A stretch of 64,000 nt of DNA from Chloroflexota bacterium (GCA_021789435.1 JAJYJO010000004.1:5108-69107); one strand, 5' to 3'; counted from the stretch's first letter, positions 1-10,346 are shown. Notes: generated by a model from the sequence alone, not told the origin. Made by a program: numbers and translations.

Positions 1-2
1 AC

Positions 3-1043
3 ATGTTCCGGGAGGGCGAGCGCCTGGAGATCGTCCGCGACGCGATCCTGGTCGCCTTCCAGGCGACCAGGGCCAAGGAGCGGCGGGCCGCGGGCGAGCC
101 GCTTGGCGACGACGACCGGGCGGCGATCGAGCGCTTCGACGCGGCGATGGCCAAGCTGGAGCGGCTCCAGCAGGGTGACTTCGAGGGGATCCTGGCCGCC
201 ATGAGCGGCCTGCCGGTCGTGATCCGGCTGATCGACCCGCCCCTTCACGAGTTCCTGCCCAACCACGAGTCGCTGCTGCGCCAGGTGGTGACGTTCGAGG
301 CCAAGGGCACGCCCGAGGACGACCCGGACTACGTACTCGCCCGGACGCTCTACCGGGCGGCCGAGTCGATGCGCGAGCAGAACCCGATGCTGGGCCTGCG
401 GGGCATCCGGCTGGGCCTGATGATCCCGGACTTCGTGAAGATGCAGACCCGGGCGATCCTGAACGCGGCGATCGCCGTCAAGCGGGCGGGCCGGGACCCG
501 CGGCCGGAGATCATGATCCCGCTCGTCGGCCACGTCAACGAGCTGCGCCGGACGCAGGAGCTGCTGGAGGCCGAGGCCCGCGCGGTCATCGAGCGCGCCG
601 GCGACGGCATCGCCTACAAGTTCGGGACCATGATCGAGATCCCGCGGGCCTGTTGGGTCGCCGACCAGATCGCGGAGCTGGCCCAGTTCTTCAGCTTCGG
701 GACCAACGACCTGACGCAGATGACGTTCGGCTACAGCCGGGACGACGCGGAGGGCGGCTTCCTCCTGAAGTACGTCGAGGAGAAGATCCTCCCCTACAAC
801 CCGTTCCAGACGCTGGACCCGGTCATTGTCGACGAGATGAAGATGGCCACCGACCTCGGGCGCAGGGCCCGGCCCGACCTGGAGGTGGGGATCTGCGGCG
901 AGCACGGCGGCGACCCGGAGTCGATCGCCTACTGCCACCGGATCGGCCTGAACTACGTCTCGTGCTCGCCGTTCCGGGTCCCGGTGGCGCGCCTGGCGGC
1001 CGCCCAGGCGGCCCTCAGCGAGGCGGCCGAGCGCGATCGCTGA
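3..1043 (+). CDS. ppdK: pyruvate,phosphate dikinase, C-terminal PEP-utilising TIM-barrel domain (5'-truncated by window edge)
   Basis: Long ORF running to the window edge. Contains the motif GICGEHGGDPESI and the PEP-utilising enzyme C-terminal signature, which fits PPDK rather than a short protein. Confidence 0.8.
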   Translation: MFREGERLEIVRDAILVAFQATRAKERRAAGEPLGDDDRAAIERFDAAMAKLERLQQGDFEGILAAMSGLPVVIRLIDPPLHEFLPNHESLLRQVVTFEAKGTPEDDPDYVLARTLYRAAESMREQNPMLGLRGIRLGLMIPDFVKMQTRAILNAAIAVKRAGRDPRPEIMIPLVGHVNELRRTQELLEAEARAVIERAGDGIAYKFGTMIEIPRACWVADQIAELAQFFSFGTNDLTQMTFGYSRDDAEGGFLLKYVEEKILPYNPFQTLDPVIVDEMKMATDLGRRARPDLEVGICGEHGGDPESIAYCHRIGLNYVSCSPFRVPVARLAAAQAALSEAAERDR

Positions 1044-1250
1044 GGGCCGGGCGCGGGCCGTGCCCGAGTTCGCCACCCACGGGCGCGCCCCGGCTTCGGC
1101 CGGAGCGCCGCTCTGCCGCCCGCGCGATCGCAACGAACCTTCAAGCCCGGCCGCCCGGCCGCGGGCGCAGCTGTACGTGGGATCGTGGCAGACCGGAATG
1201 CGACGCCGCGCGGCGCGTGACGCTGCGTCCAAGGGTGCGAAGGAGATCGC

Positions 1251-3167
1251 GTGATGGCCGGCTCCACGTCTGACGTTCCCGAACTCGCGTTGGCGGACTT
1301 CGAGGCCGCCGACCGCTCCCTGCGGCGGACGATGCCGCTGCAGCAGCTCCTCTTCCTGTCGCTGGGCGCGATCATCGGCTCCGGCTGGCTGTTCGGTGTC
1401 CTTGCCGCCGACGCCACGGCCGGGCCGGCCGCCATCGTCTCCTGGATCCTGGGCGGAATCTTCGTCCTCCTGATCGCGCTGACCTACGCGGAGATCGCCG
1501 GCATGCTGCCGCGCAGCGGGGCGATCGTTCGCTACCCGGCCCTGACCCACGGGGCCTACACGGGCTTCATCCTCGGCTGGGCCTACCTGCTGGCCGCCGT
1601 GTCGGTCGCCGCGATCGAGGCCGAGGCGGTCGTGACCTACCTCTCCACCAAGTTCCAGGGGGCGGACTTCACGGCCACCGTCGGCGGCGTGAAGGTCCTC
1701 TCGTGGCCGAACGGGATCGTCTTCGCGGTCCTGCTGATGGTCCTCTTCTTCGTCGTCAACTACGCCGGGATCCGCTTCCTCTCGGAGGTCAACCGCTGGA
1801 TCACCTGGTGGAAGCTGATCGTCCCCACCCTGACCTTCCTGCTCCTGTTCCTGGCCTTCAAGGGCCAGAACTTCAGTGCCTACGGCGGTTTCGCGCCGCT
1901 CGGCCCGGCGCCCATCTTCCAGGCCCTGGCGACGTCCGGCATCGTCTTCGCCTACCTCGGCTTCCGCCAGGCGCTGGACTTCGGCGGCGAGGCGAAGAAC
2001 CCCCAGCGGGACGTGCCCCTGGCGACCATCCTGTCGGTCCTCATCGGCATGGCCGTCTATGTCCTGCTGCAGCTCGCCTTCACCGGCGCGCTCGACTTCG
2101 GCAAGGCCGGTGTGAAGGTGGGCGACTGGGCCGCGCTCAAGGGTGGAGCCTGGGCGAGCGGGCCGCTCTACTCGGCCCTCAATGCCACGGGGATCGGCCT
2201 GCTCGGCGCCTTCGCCAGCGTGCTCCTGATCGACGCGGCGATCTCCCCCTCGGGCACTGGCTGGATCTACCTGGGGGCCGGGTCGCGCACCTTCTACGGC
2301 CTGAGCGTCAACCGCTACTTCCCGCGGTTCTTCCAGGCGATGAACCGTTTCCAGATCCCGTTCATCTCCCTGGTCGCGGCGCTGGTCGTCGGCTGCCTCT
2401 TCTTCGCCCCCCTGCCGAGCTGGTACAGCCTGGTGGGCTTCATCACCTCGGCGACCGTCCTGACCTACATCATGGGCGGGATCGGCCTGCCGGTCCTGCG
2501 GCGCACGGCACCTGATCTGGCGCGGCCCTTCCGGCTGCCGGGCGCCGAGATCATCGCCCCGCTCAGCTTCCTGGCGGCCCTGATGATCGTCTACTGGTCG
2601 GGTTTCCAGATCCTGGCGAATGTCTATGCCGCCGTCTTCGTCGGGCTGGCGATCTTCGCCTGGTTCTACGCTCCCAACGAGGGCTGGCTGCGACGCGACG
2701 TGGGGATGGTCCTCGGTCTCGTCTTCCTGATCGCCTGGATCATCGTCAACAAGCTCGGCGGGTGGGTCCTGACCACCAGCTCCAGCGCCGCCCCAGGGTC
2801 GGTCAGTTTCCCGGCCTACTTCGTGCTGCTGGCCGCTACCCTGGTGGTCTTCTCCGCCCTGGTCTGGTGGTTCAGCAACGAGACCGGCCGCAAGCACGTC
2901 GAGCGCTCCGCCTGGCTGCTCGCGCTGCTGCTGGCGACGCTGCTCATCTCCTACTACGGCGAGTACGGCCCGCTGAGCCACCCGTCGCTCGCCTTCCCGG
3001 TCAGCGACCTGCTGGAGCTGCTGGTGGGGATCGGCTGCTTCTACTGGGCCGTCGCGAGCGGCTTCGTGACGCAGGAGATCGCGGAGATCGCCGGGACGGA
3101 GCTCGAGGGGAGCCCGGGCCAGACGGCCGGGCCGCAGCCCCTGGGCCACGCGAGCGGCGCCCGCTGA
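1251..3167 (+). CDS. APC-family amino acid permease with extra C-terminal transmembrane segments
   Basis: N-terminal LSLGAIIGSGWLFG-type permease signature and about 12 or more hydrophobic helices. AAGGAG Shine-Dalgarno 8 nt upstream of the ATG. Confidence 0.8.
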   Translation: MMAGSTSDVPELALADFEAADRSLRRTMPLQQLLFLSLGAIIGSGWLFGVLAADATAGPAAIVSWILGGIFVLLIALTYAEIAGMLPRSGAIVRYPALTHGAYTGFILGWAYLLAAVSVAAIEAEAVVTYLSTKFQGADFTATVGGVKVLSWPNGIVFAVLLMVLFFVVNYAGIRFLSEVNRWITWWKLIVPTLTFLLLFLAFKGQNFSAYGGFAPLGPAPIFQALATSGIVFAYLGFRQALDFGGEAKNPQRDVPLATILSVLIGMAVYVLLQLAFTGALDFGKAGVKVGDWAALKGGAWASGPLYSALNATGIGLLGAFASVLLIDAAISPSGTGWIYLGAGSRTFYGLSVNRYFPRFFQAMNRFQIPFISLVAALVVGCLFFAPLPSWYSLVGFITSATVLTYIMGGIGLPVLRRTAPDLARPFRLPGAEIIAPLSFLAALMIVYWSGFQILANVYAAVFVGLAIFAWFYAPNEGWLRRDVGMVLGLVFLIAWIIVNKLGGWVLTTSSSAAPGSVSFPAYFVLLAATLVVFSALVWWFSNETGRKHVERSAWLLALLLATLLISYYGEYGPLSHPSLAFPVSDLLELLVGIGCFYWAVASGFVTQEIAEIAGTELEGSPGQTAGPQPLGHASGAR

Positions 3168-3407
3168 GGCGCCGGCTGGGGCGGGGCCGGGTGTCCCGCG
3201 CGTTCCGCTGCCACGGGTCCTGACGCCCGGTCCCCCTGCCCGCTCCTGCGACGACCGCCAGCGGCCGGTTCCGCCTTTGGCTGACGCGCGGCCGCGACGT
3301 CCCGCCCGGCGAGCCGCGGCGGCGGTGGTGGAGCCGTCCCTGCGCCGGCCGGCCCCCGGTGGTACCCTCGGCGAGCTTTCGGCAGATTCGAGGAGGTTCT
3401 GCGTCGC

Positions 3408-4154
3408 GTGGCCCGCCTTTCCCGCCAGTCGCCTGTGCCGCATGCGGGGCACGTTCCGCCGGCGGGCCGGCCTGACGAACCGGACTGGATCGGGCTGGGT
3501 GAGGCGAGCCGCCTGCTGGGCATCTCCCACGGCACGCTCCGCCGCTGGGCGGACGAGGGCCGGCTGGCCGTCTTCACGACCCCCGGCGGGCACCGGAGGT
3601 TCTCGCGGGGGGCCATCCGGGCCCTGCTACCGACGGCTCGGGCACACCGTCCCAGCCTGGCCCGGCTGGGCGCCTCGCCGGACCGGATCGTGCGCGCCTA
3701 CCGTCCGCCCAGGGTCCGGCGTCCCGTGCCTCCGCCCGGCGGCTGGCTGGATCGGCTCGCCGAGGCCGACCGCGAGGTCTTCCGGCGGCGCGGCCGATCC
3801 ATCGTGGCCGCCCTCCTGGAGCACCTCGACGCCGTCGATGGCCCGACACGCCGCCTCAAGCTCCAGGAGGCCTGCCAGGCGGCCGCCGAGCACGGCCGGG
3901 AGGTGGCCCGCCTCGGCGCCTCGATGAGCGAGGCCATCCAGACCTTCCTGCAGTTCCGCAGCCCCTTCATCACCGAGCTGGCCGGCGTCGCCCGGCGGCG
4001 CGGGCTCGACACGCGCGAGGCGACCGAGCTGCTGGTCGGGGCCGAGGCGGCGATGGACCAGCTTCTCGTCGCGACGATGACCGGCCACGCGCTGACCGCC
4101 GGGCCGCGGCGGCGGCGCCTCCCGCCAGGCCCCGCGCCCGAGGTCGTGAGGTGA
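3408..4154 (+). CDS. MerR/excisionase-type HTH transcriptional regulator (HTH_17-like), stop overlaps hemA start
   Basis: N-terminal segment LGEASRLLGISHGTLRRWADEGRLAVFTTPGGHRRF matches a MerR-family DNA-binding helix-turn-helix. GTGA overlap with the downstream hemA. Confidence 0.6.
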   Translation: MARLSRQSPVPHAGHVPPAGRPDEPDWIGLGEASRLLGISHGTLRRWADEGRLAVFTTPGGHRRFSRGAIRALLPTARAHRPSLARLGASPDRIVRAYRPPRVRRPVPPPGGWLDRLAEADREVFRRRGRSIVAALLEHLDAVDGPTRRLKLQEACQAAAEHGREVARLGASMSEAIQTFLQFRSPFITELAGVARRRGLDTREATELLVGAEAAMDQLLVATMTGHALTAGPRRRRLPPGPAPEVVR

Positions 4155-5479
4155 CGGTCGGAATGCCGGCGTCGCCGCCCGCCTCTCGGGCCGCCGCGCT
4201 CGGCGACCGTGTCGAGCGCCGACCCGCGCTGCCGCCGGTCGCTGCACCGCCGGTCTGGGTCGTCTCGGCCCTCGCGGGAGCCTGTTCGGCGGAGGAGCGG
4301 GCCCGCTTCGCCGACCGGACCCTGGCCGAGCGCGCCCTGGCCGAGCGGGCCCTGGCCGAGCGCGCCCTGGCCGACCGTCCCGACCGGCTGCTCCTGGTCA
4401 CGTGCCACCGCGCCGAGCTCTATGGGACAGGTCCCCAGCCGTCGCCGGAGACCCTCCTCGCCCTGGCCGGGGACGGCGCGACGGCCGGCCGGCTGCGCCT
4501 GCGGGTGGGAGCCGGAGCTGTCCGCCACGCGATCCGGCTCGCGGCCGGCCTGGAGAGCGCGGTGGTGGGCGAGGACCAGGTGCTCCACCAGGTCCGCGTG
4601 CTGCGCGACGAGGCGCGGGTGCGGCGGCTCGACCCGCACCTGGCGCGTCTCATGGAAGTGGCGATCGGCGTCGGCCGGCGGGCCCGGGCCGGCCGGCCGA
4701 CCGCGGGTCGGGCGGAGCGCGACATTGCCGCGGAACCGCGGGGCGAGGCCGGGCTGGCGGGCGGCGCACTCGACTGGCTGGCCGCCCTGGGAGTCGACCT
4801 CGCCGGCGGGGAACTGCTGGTGGTCGGGGCCGGCACGATGGGCAGCCTGCTCGCCCGCCAGGCACGGAGCCGCGGCGCGCGCGTCGTGGTCGCCAGCCGC
4901 GGCCTGGCGCGGGCGGTGGCGCTGGCGGCCGAGACCGGCGGCGAAGCGATCGACCTGCCGGCCGCGGCGAGCCGGGCCCGCCGGGTCGACGGGATCGCGG
5001 TCGCCCTCGCCGGCCCGTGGGCCGAGCTGGCGGGGCCCGCGTGGGCCGGGGCCGGCCTGCCGCCGCTGGTGGACCTCTCCGCTCCGCCGGCCGTCGCGCC
5101 GGGGAGAGCCGGGCGGGCGATCGACATCGACGGCCTCCACGCCTGGGTGGCGGCTCGGGCGGCCCCGGCGGACCTGGCCGTCTATGTGACCGCCGCGGAG
5201 GCGCTCGTGGAGGAGGCGATCGCTCGGTATCTGCGCTGGTCCGCGGGACGGGCCTCGGTGGCGACGCTCCGGGATCTTCGCGCTCGGGCCGACGAGCGGC
5301 GGCGGGCGGAGGTGGAGCGGCTGCTCCGCCGAGTCGACCTCGGGCCAAGGGAGCGGGACCTTGTCCGGGCCTTCAGCGAGCGCCTGGTGGCGGCGATCCT
5401 CCACCCGCCCACGGCCCACCTCCGCGACGACGCCGACGGCTCGGCGGCGACGGCCGCGCGCCGGCTCTTCGACCTGTGA
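4151..5479 (+). CDS. hemA: glutamyl-tRNA reductase
   Basis: LLVTCHRAELY catalytic-cysteine region, ESAVVGEDQVLHQVR, LLVVGAGTMG NADPH-binding motif and a C-terminal dimerisation helix. The start may instead be the ATG at 4163. Confidence 0.9.
   Translation: MTVGMPASPPASRAAALGDRVERRPALPPVAAPPVWVVSALAGACSAEERARFADRTLAERALAERALAERALADRPDRLLLVTCHRAELYGTGPQPSPETLLALAGDGATAGRLRLRVGAGAVRHAIRLAAGLESAVVGEDQVLHQVRVLRDEARVRRLDPHLARLMEVAIGVGRRARAGRPTAGRAERDIAAEPRGEAGLAGGALDWLAALGVDLAGGELLVVGAGTMGSLLARQARSRGARVVVASRGLARAVALAAETGGEAIDLPAAASRARRVDGIAVALAGPWAELAGPAWAGAGLPPLVDLSAPPAVAPGRAGRAIDIDGLHAWVAARAAPADLAVYVTAAEALVEEAIARYLRWSAGRASVATLRDLRARADERRRAEVERLLRRVDLGPRERDLVRAFSERLVAAILHPPTAHLRDDADGSAATAARRLFDL
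4322..4381 (+). repeat. in-frame 15-bp tandem repeat (ctggccgagcgcgcc x3 plus one degenerate copy) encoding LAERA-LAERA-LAERA-LADRP inside hemA
   Basis: Direct inspection: the unit starts at 4322, 4337, 4352 and 4367. Confidence 0.9.
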
Positions 5480-6435
5480 GCGCGGGCTCCGTGGGTGCCG
5501 GGCTCGATGAGTCCGACACCACCCGCAGCCTGCGGCTGGGAACCCGCGGCTCGGCCCTGGCCCGCGCCCAGTCGGCCCTGGTGGCGGGCGCGCTGGCCGA
5601 CCGGGGCGCCCGCGTCGAGCTCGTCACCGTCGTGACGGAGGGCGATCTCCGGCCGCCCGACAGCGCCTGGGGAGAGGGCGCGTTCGTCGGTGCCCTGGAG
5701 CGGGCGCTGCTGGCCGGCGAGGTGGACGTGGCGGTCCACTCGGCGAAGGACGTGCCGATCGAGCCCGAGACGGCGCTCGTCGTGGCGGCCTTCCCGCCAC
5801 GCGTCGACCCGCGTGACGTCCTGGTGACCCGGACGGCCGAGCCGGCCGCCGCCCTGGCCGACCTGCCGTGGGGCGCGACGGTCGGCACGGACAGCCCCCG
5901 CCGGGTCGGCTTCCTGCGGGCCTCCCGCCCGGACCTGCGCGTGGTGCCGCTCCACGGCAACGTCGACACCCGGCTGGCCCGTCTCGATCGCGGCGAGGTC
6001 GATGCGCTCGTCCTGGCCGCCGCCGGCCTGCTCCGGCTGGGTCGCGCTGACCGGATCGGCGCCGCGCTCGCGCCGGACGTCCTGGCCCCGGCGCCCGGCC
6101 AGGGTGCCCTGGCCGTCCAGGTCCGGGCCGACGACGCGGCCACCCGCCGCGCGGTTGGGCGCCTCGATGATCCGGCGACGCGGGTGGCCGTGCTGGCCGA
6201 GCGCGCAGTCCTGGCCGCCACCGGCGGCGGCTGCCGCGCGCCGCTCGGGGCGCTCGGGATCATCGAAGAGACGGCGGACGGGCCGCGCCTGCGGCTGGTG
6301 GCGGCGGCCGTCGATCCGGACGGGTCGCGCCTCCGATCGGCCCGGCGGACCGGCCGGCCGGAGGAGGCCGGGCGGCTGGCGACGGAGATCGCGGCCGAGC
6401 TGCTGGCGGCGGGTCCCGTGGGAGCCGGCCGGTGA
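5476..6435 (+). CDS. hemC: hydroxymethylbilane synthase (porphobilinogen deaminase)
   Basis: LRLGTRGSALARAQ, HSAKDVP and GGGCRAPLG (cofactor-binding cysteine). GTG start overlaps the hemA stop (GTGA). Confidence 0.9.
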   Translation: MSAGSVGAGLDESDTTRSLRLGTRGSALARAQSALVAGALADRGARVELVTVVTEGDLRPPDSAWGEGAFVGALERALLAGEVDVAVHSAKDVPIEPETALVVAAFPPRVDPRDVLVTRTAEPAAALADLPWGATVGTDSPRRVGFLRASRPDLRVVPLHGNVDTRLARLDRGEVDALVLAAAGLLRLGRADRIGAALAPDVLAPAPGQGALAVQVRADDAATRRAVGRLDDPATRVAVLAERAVLAATGGGCRAPLGALGIIEETADGPRLRLVAAAVDPDGSRLRSARRTGRPEEAGRLATEIAAELLAAGPVGAGR

Positions 6436-7229
6436 GCGGCGGCCCGGCCGTGCTCGTGACGCGTCCCGCCGGCGACGCCGACCGGCTCGCGGAGCTCCTC
6501 GCGATCGCCGGCTGGCGGCCCGTGGCCGTCCCGACGGTCGCCACCGAGCCGGTGGCGCCCGGGATCCTGGCCCGGGCCGTGGAGCGGCTCGCGACGTTCG
6601 ACTGGGTCGCGGTCACCTCGGCGACGGCGGTGGACGCGCTGGCCGGCGCGGCCGCCCTGGTCGGCACGATGCTGCCCGCGGATCCGCCGCGCTGGGCGGC
6701 CGTCGGCCCGGCGACGGCGGCGGCGCTCCGCGCATCCGGCCTCTCCGAGGTGCTGCTGCCCGGCCGGTCGCGCGGGGCGGCGATCGCCGAGGCCCTCCTC
6801 GCCGTCGGCTCGCTGGCCGGGCGCCGGATCCTGCTCCCCCGCGCCGACGCGGCGGACCCGGAGCTGCCCCAGCGCCTCCGCGCCGTTGGGGCGGTGGTGG
6901 AGGAACTCGTCGCCTACCGCACCGTCGAGGGCCCGCCCGCCTCCCGGGCCGCGCTCCTGGACGCCCTGGCGGACCCCACCCTCGCGGCCGTGACCGTCGC
7001 CTCCGGCTCCGCCGCCCGCGGCCTCGTCCGGCTGACCGCCGGGGATCCCCGTGCCGCTGGCCGGCTCGCCGCCCTCCCGCTCGTCTCGATCGGCCCCGCG
7101 ACGTCCGTCGTCGTCCGCGGCCTGGGCCTGGCCGTTGCCGCCGAGGCGGCCGCACCGACGGCCGAGGCACTCGCCGCCGCCGTCGGGAGCCTCCCGACCC
7201 TGACCGCAGCCATGGAGTCGCACCGATGA
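6432..7229 (+). CDS. hemD: uroporphyrinogen-III synthase
   Basis: Length and position between hemC and hemB, with a HemD-like AVLVTRPAGDADRLAELL N-terminus. GTG overlaps the hemC stop. Confidence 0.8.
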   Translation: MSGGPAVLVTRPAGDADRLAELLAIAGWRPVAVPTVATEPVAPGILARAVERLATFDWVAVTSATAVDALAGAAALVGTMLPADPPRWAAVGPATAAALRASGLSEVLLPGRSRGAAIAEALLAVGSLAGRRILLPRADAADPELPQRLRAVGAVVEELVAYRTVEGPPASRAALLDALADPTLAAVTVASGSAARGLVRLTAGDPRAAGRLAALPLVSIGPATSVVVRGLGLAVAAEAAAPTAEALAAAVGSLPTLTAAMESHR

Positions 7230-8269
7230 CCCTCCTCGACGACGTCCGCCCCTCCACGACGATGGAGGCCCCCCGGGCCGCGCCCGGCGTGACCGTCCCG
7301 GCCGCCCACCGGACACGTCGGATGCGCCGGACCGAGGCGCTGCGCGGCCTCGTCCGCGAGGCCCGCCTGGACCCTGCCGCCTTCGTCCAGCCCCTCTTCG
7401 TGGTGTCCGGCCGGAGCCGGCGCGAGCCGATCGCCGCCATGCCCGGCCAGGCCCGCCTCTCGGCCGACCTGGCGGTCGAGGCTGCCCGCGAGCTGGCCGG
7501 CCTGGGCGTCGGCGGCCTGCTGCTGTTCGGCATCCCAGACGCGAAGGATCCTGCCGGCCTGGCCGCCGCCGATCCCGGCGGGCCGGTCCCGGAGACCCTG
7601 CGCCGCCTGCGCGACGCCGGCCTGCCGCTCGCCCTGGCCGCGGACGTCTGCCTCTGCGAGTACACGACCCACGGCCACTGCGGGGTGCTCGACGGGGAGC
7701 GGATCCTGAACGACCCGACGCTGGGCGCGCTCGCGGCGGCCGCCGTCGCCTACGCCGAGGCCGGCGCGGAGATCGTCGCCCCCTCGGCCATGATGGACGG
7801 CCAGGTGGCCGCGATCCGAGCCGGCCTCGACGCGGCCGGGCTGACCGAGACGGCGATCCTCGCCTACGCCGCCAAGCATGCCTCGGCTCTCTACGGGCCC
7901 TTCCGGGACGCCGCCGACTCGACGCCGGCCTTCGGCGACCGGCGCGGCTACCAGATGGACCCGGCCAACGGCCGCGAGGCGCTCCGCGAAATGGCCCTCG
8001 ACGCCGCCGAGGGGGCCGACATCCTTATGGTCAAGCCGGCCCTGACCAGCCTCGACGTGCTGGCCCGGGCGCGCGACCGCTTCGACCTGCCGCTGGCCGC
8101 CTACCAGGTCTCCGGCGAGCTCGCGATGCTCGAGGCGGCCGCCGAGCGGGGCTGGCTCGACCGGCGCCGCTCCGTCCTCGAGACGCTGACCGCCATCCGG
8201 CGGGCCGGCGCCGACCTGATCGTGACCTACCTCTCGGCCGACGCCGCTCGCTGGCTGGCCGAGGACTGA
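7226..8269 (+). CDS. hemB: porphobilinogen synthase (delta-aminolevulinate dehydratase)
   Basis: CEYTTHGHCG, the active-site lysine region ILMVKPAL, and YQVSGE. ATGA overlap with hemD. Confidence 0.9.
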   Translation: MTLLDDVRPSTTMEAPRAAPGVTVPAAHRTRRMRRTEALRGLVREARLDPAAFVQPLFVVSGRSRREPIAAMPGQARLSADLAVEAARELAGLGVGGLLLFGIPDAKDPAGLAAADPGGPVPETLRRLRDAGLPLALAADVCLCEYTTHGHCGVLDGERILNDPTLGALAAAAVAYAEAGAEIVAPSAMMDGQVAAIRAGLDAAGLTETAILAYAAKHASALYGPFRDAADSTPAFGDRRGYQMDPANGREALREMALDAAEGADILMVKPALTSLDVLARARDRFDLPLAAYQVSGELAMLEAAAERGWLDRRRSVLETLTAIRRAGADLIVTYLSADAARWLAED

Positions 8270-8307
8270 CCGCCCCCGCCGCCCGTGCGGCGCCCACGGA
8301 GATCGCC

Positions 8308-9042
8308 ATGAGCGGACCCTACATCCACGCCCTCGCCCTGGGCCTCGACCCCGCCTGGCGGCGCCTGCCGCCGCCCGACCGGCGCGCCTCGGGCCTGGCC
8401 TTCTCGGACGCCATCGCCGCCGACCCGGTCGACGGGGTGGTGACCTTCACCTATTCGTCCGTGGGTCTGGAGGCGGGCACGGACCTGCTCCTCTGGCGAC
8501 TCGCTCCGTCGCTCGACGCGCTCGAGGAGGCGGCCGCCCGCGCGCTGCGGACCGGCCTGGGGCCCTGGCTGGCCGTCCGCGAGAGCTTCCTCGGCATCGT
8601 CAACCCCAGCCAGTACGTGGCCAAGCCCTCCGACCAGGAGCAGTCGCTCTTCGAGGGCGAGCGCTCGCGCTACCTGATCGTCTACCCTTTCACCAAGGCA
8701 ACGGAGTGGTACCTGACCGGCCGCGAGACGCGCCAGGGGATCATGAACGAGCATATGCGGGTCGGCCACCAGTTCCCCCAGGTCCGCCAGCTGCTCGCCC
8801 ACAGCTTCGGTCTCGACGACCAGGACTTCGTGGTCGCCTACGAGACCGACGAGATGCCGGCCTTCGAGGAGCTGGTGCGGGCCCTTCGCTCCACCGAGGG
8901 CCGCCGCTCCACCGTCAAGGACAGCCCCATCCTGACCGGCATCCACCGCCCGATCGACGAGATCCTGCGCCTGTTCGGGGCGACCGAGGAGCCGCGCCCG
9001 GAACCCGGCCCGCTTGCCGTGGCCGGGACGGCCGGTCGATGA
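8308..9042 (+). CDS. hemQ: coproheme decarboxylase / hydrogen-peroxide-dependent heme synthase (chlorite-dismutase family)
   Basis: YLIVYPFTKATEWYL and FVVAYETDE motifs. GGAG ribosome-binding site. Position inside the heme operon. Confidence 0.85.
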   Translation: MSGPYIHALALGLDPAWRRLPPPDRRASGLAFSDAIAADPVDGVVTFTYSSVGLEAGTDLLLWRLAPSLDALEEAAARALRTGLGPWLAVRESFLGIVNPSQYVAKPSDQEQSLFEGERSRYLIVYPFTKATEWYLTGRETRQGIMNEHMRVGHQFPQVRQLLAHSFGLDDQDFVVAYETDEMPAFEELVRALRSTEGRRSTVKDSPILTGIHRPIDEILRLFGATEEPRPEPGPLAVAGTAGR

Positions 9043-10346
9043 GCTCGACGGCCGCGTCACCCACCGAGCCCCGGTCCGCCGACCTGCGGGAGCGGGCCGC
9101 CGGCCTCTTCCCCGGGGGCGTGAACAGCCCGGTGCGCGCCTACCGCGCGGTCGGCGGGGAGCCCCCGATCATCGAGCGCGGGGAGGGGGCCACCGTCTGG
9201 GATGCCGACGGCCGGCCCTACCTCGACTACGTCGGTGCCTTCGGCCCGCTGATCCTCGGCCACGCCCACCCCGCGGTCGTGGCCGCCCTGGAGGCGGCGG
9301 TGAAGCGGGGCGGCCCGTTCGGGGCGACGAGCCCCGGCGAAGTGGAGCTGGCCGAGCTGGTCCGCCGGCGGATGCCGGCCGTCGAGCGGCTCCGTTTCGT
9401 CTCGTCCGGGACGGAGGCCGCCATGAGCGCCCTGCGGGTCGCCCGCGCGGCGACCGGCCGCGACCTCGTCCTCAAGCTCGAGGGCGGCTACCACGGCCAC
9501 TCGGACGCCCTGCTGGCCGAGGCGGGCTCGGGCGTGGCCACGCTCGGCCTGCCGGGGAGCGCCGGGGTGACGCCGGAGGTGGCGGCCCAGACGCTGGTGG
9601 CGCCTTCCAACGACGCGGCGGCCGTCCGCGCCCGCTTCGAGGCCCATCCCGGGCGGATCGCGGCGGTCATCGTCGAGCCCGTCGCGGCGAACGTGGGGGT
9701 CGTGCCGCCCGCCGCGGGATTCCTCGACGAGCTCCGCGCCCTCACCGCGCGGGAAGGGGCGCTGCTCGTCCTCGACGAGGTGATCACCGGCTTCCGGGTC
9801 GCCGGCGGCGGCGCGCAGGAACGCTACGGGATCCGGCCGGACCTGGTGGTCCTCGGCAAGATCCTCGGCGGCGGCCTGCCGGTCGGCGCCTACGGCGGTC
9901 GGGCGGACCTGATGAGGCTGGTGGCGCCCGACGGCCCCGTCTACCAGGCGGGCACCCTGTCCGGCCACCCGCTGGCCATGGCTGCCGGCCTGGCCACCCT
10001 CCGGGAGCTGCAGCCGCCCGTCTACGCGGAGCTGGAGCGGAGCGGCTGCGCCCTCGAGGAGGGCCTCACGGCGGCTGCCGCCGCGGCCGGCGTCCCGGCC
10101 AGCGTGACCCGCGTGGGCTCGCTGCTCACCCTCTTCTTCCGCCCGGCGCCGCCGCGTTCCGCGGCCGAGGCACGGGAGGCGGACGTGGAGGCGTTCGGCC
10201 GCTTCCACCGGGCCATGCGCGCCGCCGGCATCCTGCTGCCGCCGTCGCAGTTCGAGGCCTGGTTCCTCTCCACGGCCCACACCGACACGGAGATCGCCCG
10301 GACCGTCGAGGCGGCCCGCGCGGCCTTCGCGGCCCCGGCCGGGTGA
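9039..10346 (+). CDS. hemL: glutamate-1-semialdehyde 2,1-aminomutase
   Basis: LFPGGVNSPVRA, VDYVGAFGPLILGH, LVLDEVITGFR and the PLP-lysine region GKILGGG. ATGA overlap with hemQ. Confidence 0.9.
   Translation: MSSTAASPTEPRSADLRERAAGLFPGGVNSPVRAYRAVGGEPPIIERGEGATVWDADGRPYLDYVGAFGPLILGHAHPAVVAALEAAVKRGGPFGATSPGEVELAELVRRRMPAVERLRFVSSGTEAAMSALRVARAATGRDLVLKLEGGYHGHSDALLAEAGSGVATLGLPGSAGVTPEVAAQTLVAPSNDAAAVRARFEAHPGRIAAVIVEPVAANVGVVPPAAGFLDELRALTAREGALLVLDEVITGFRVAGGGAQERYGIRPDLVVLGKILGGGLPVGAYGGRADLMRLVAPDGPVYQAGTLSGHPLAMAAGLATLRELQPPVYAELERSGCALEEGLTAAAAAAGVPASVTRVGSLLTLFFRPAPPRSAAEAREADVEAFGRFHRAMRAAGILLPPSQFEAWFLSTAHTDTEIARTVEAARAAFAAPAG

Noticed and set aside
3698-7316. Very long minus-strand ORFs (573 aa and 647 aa) antisense to hemA-hemD
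   Set aside because: Arg/Pro/Gly-rich low-complexity translations typical of GC-rich antisense frames. They overlap well-supported hem genes on the other strand.
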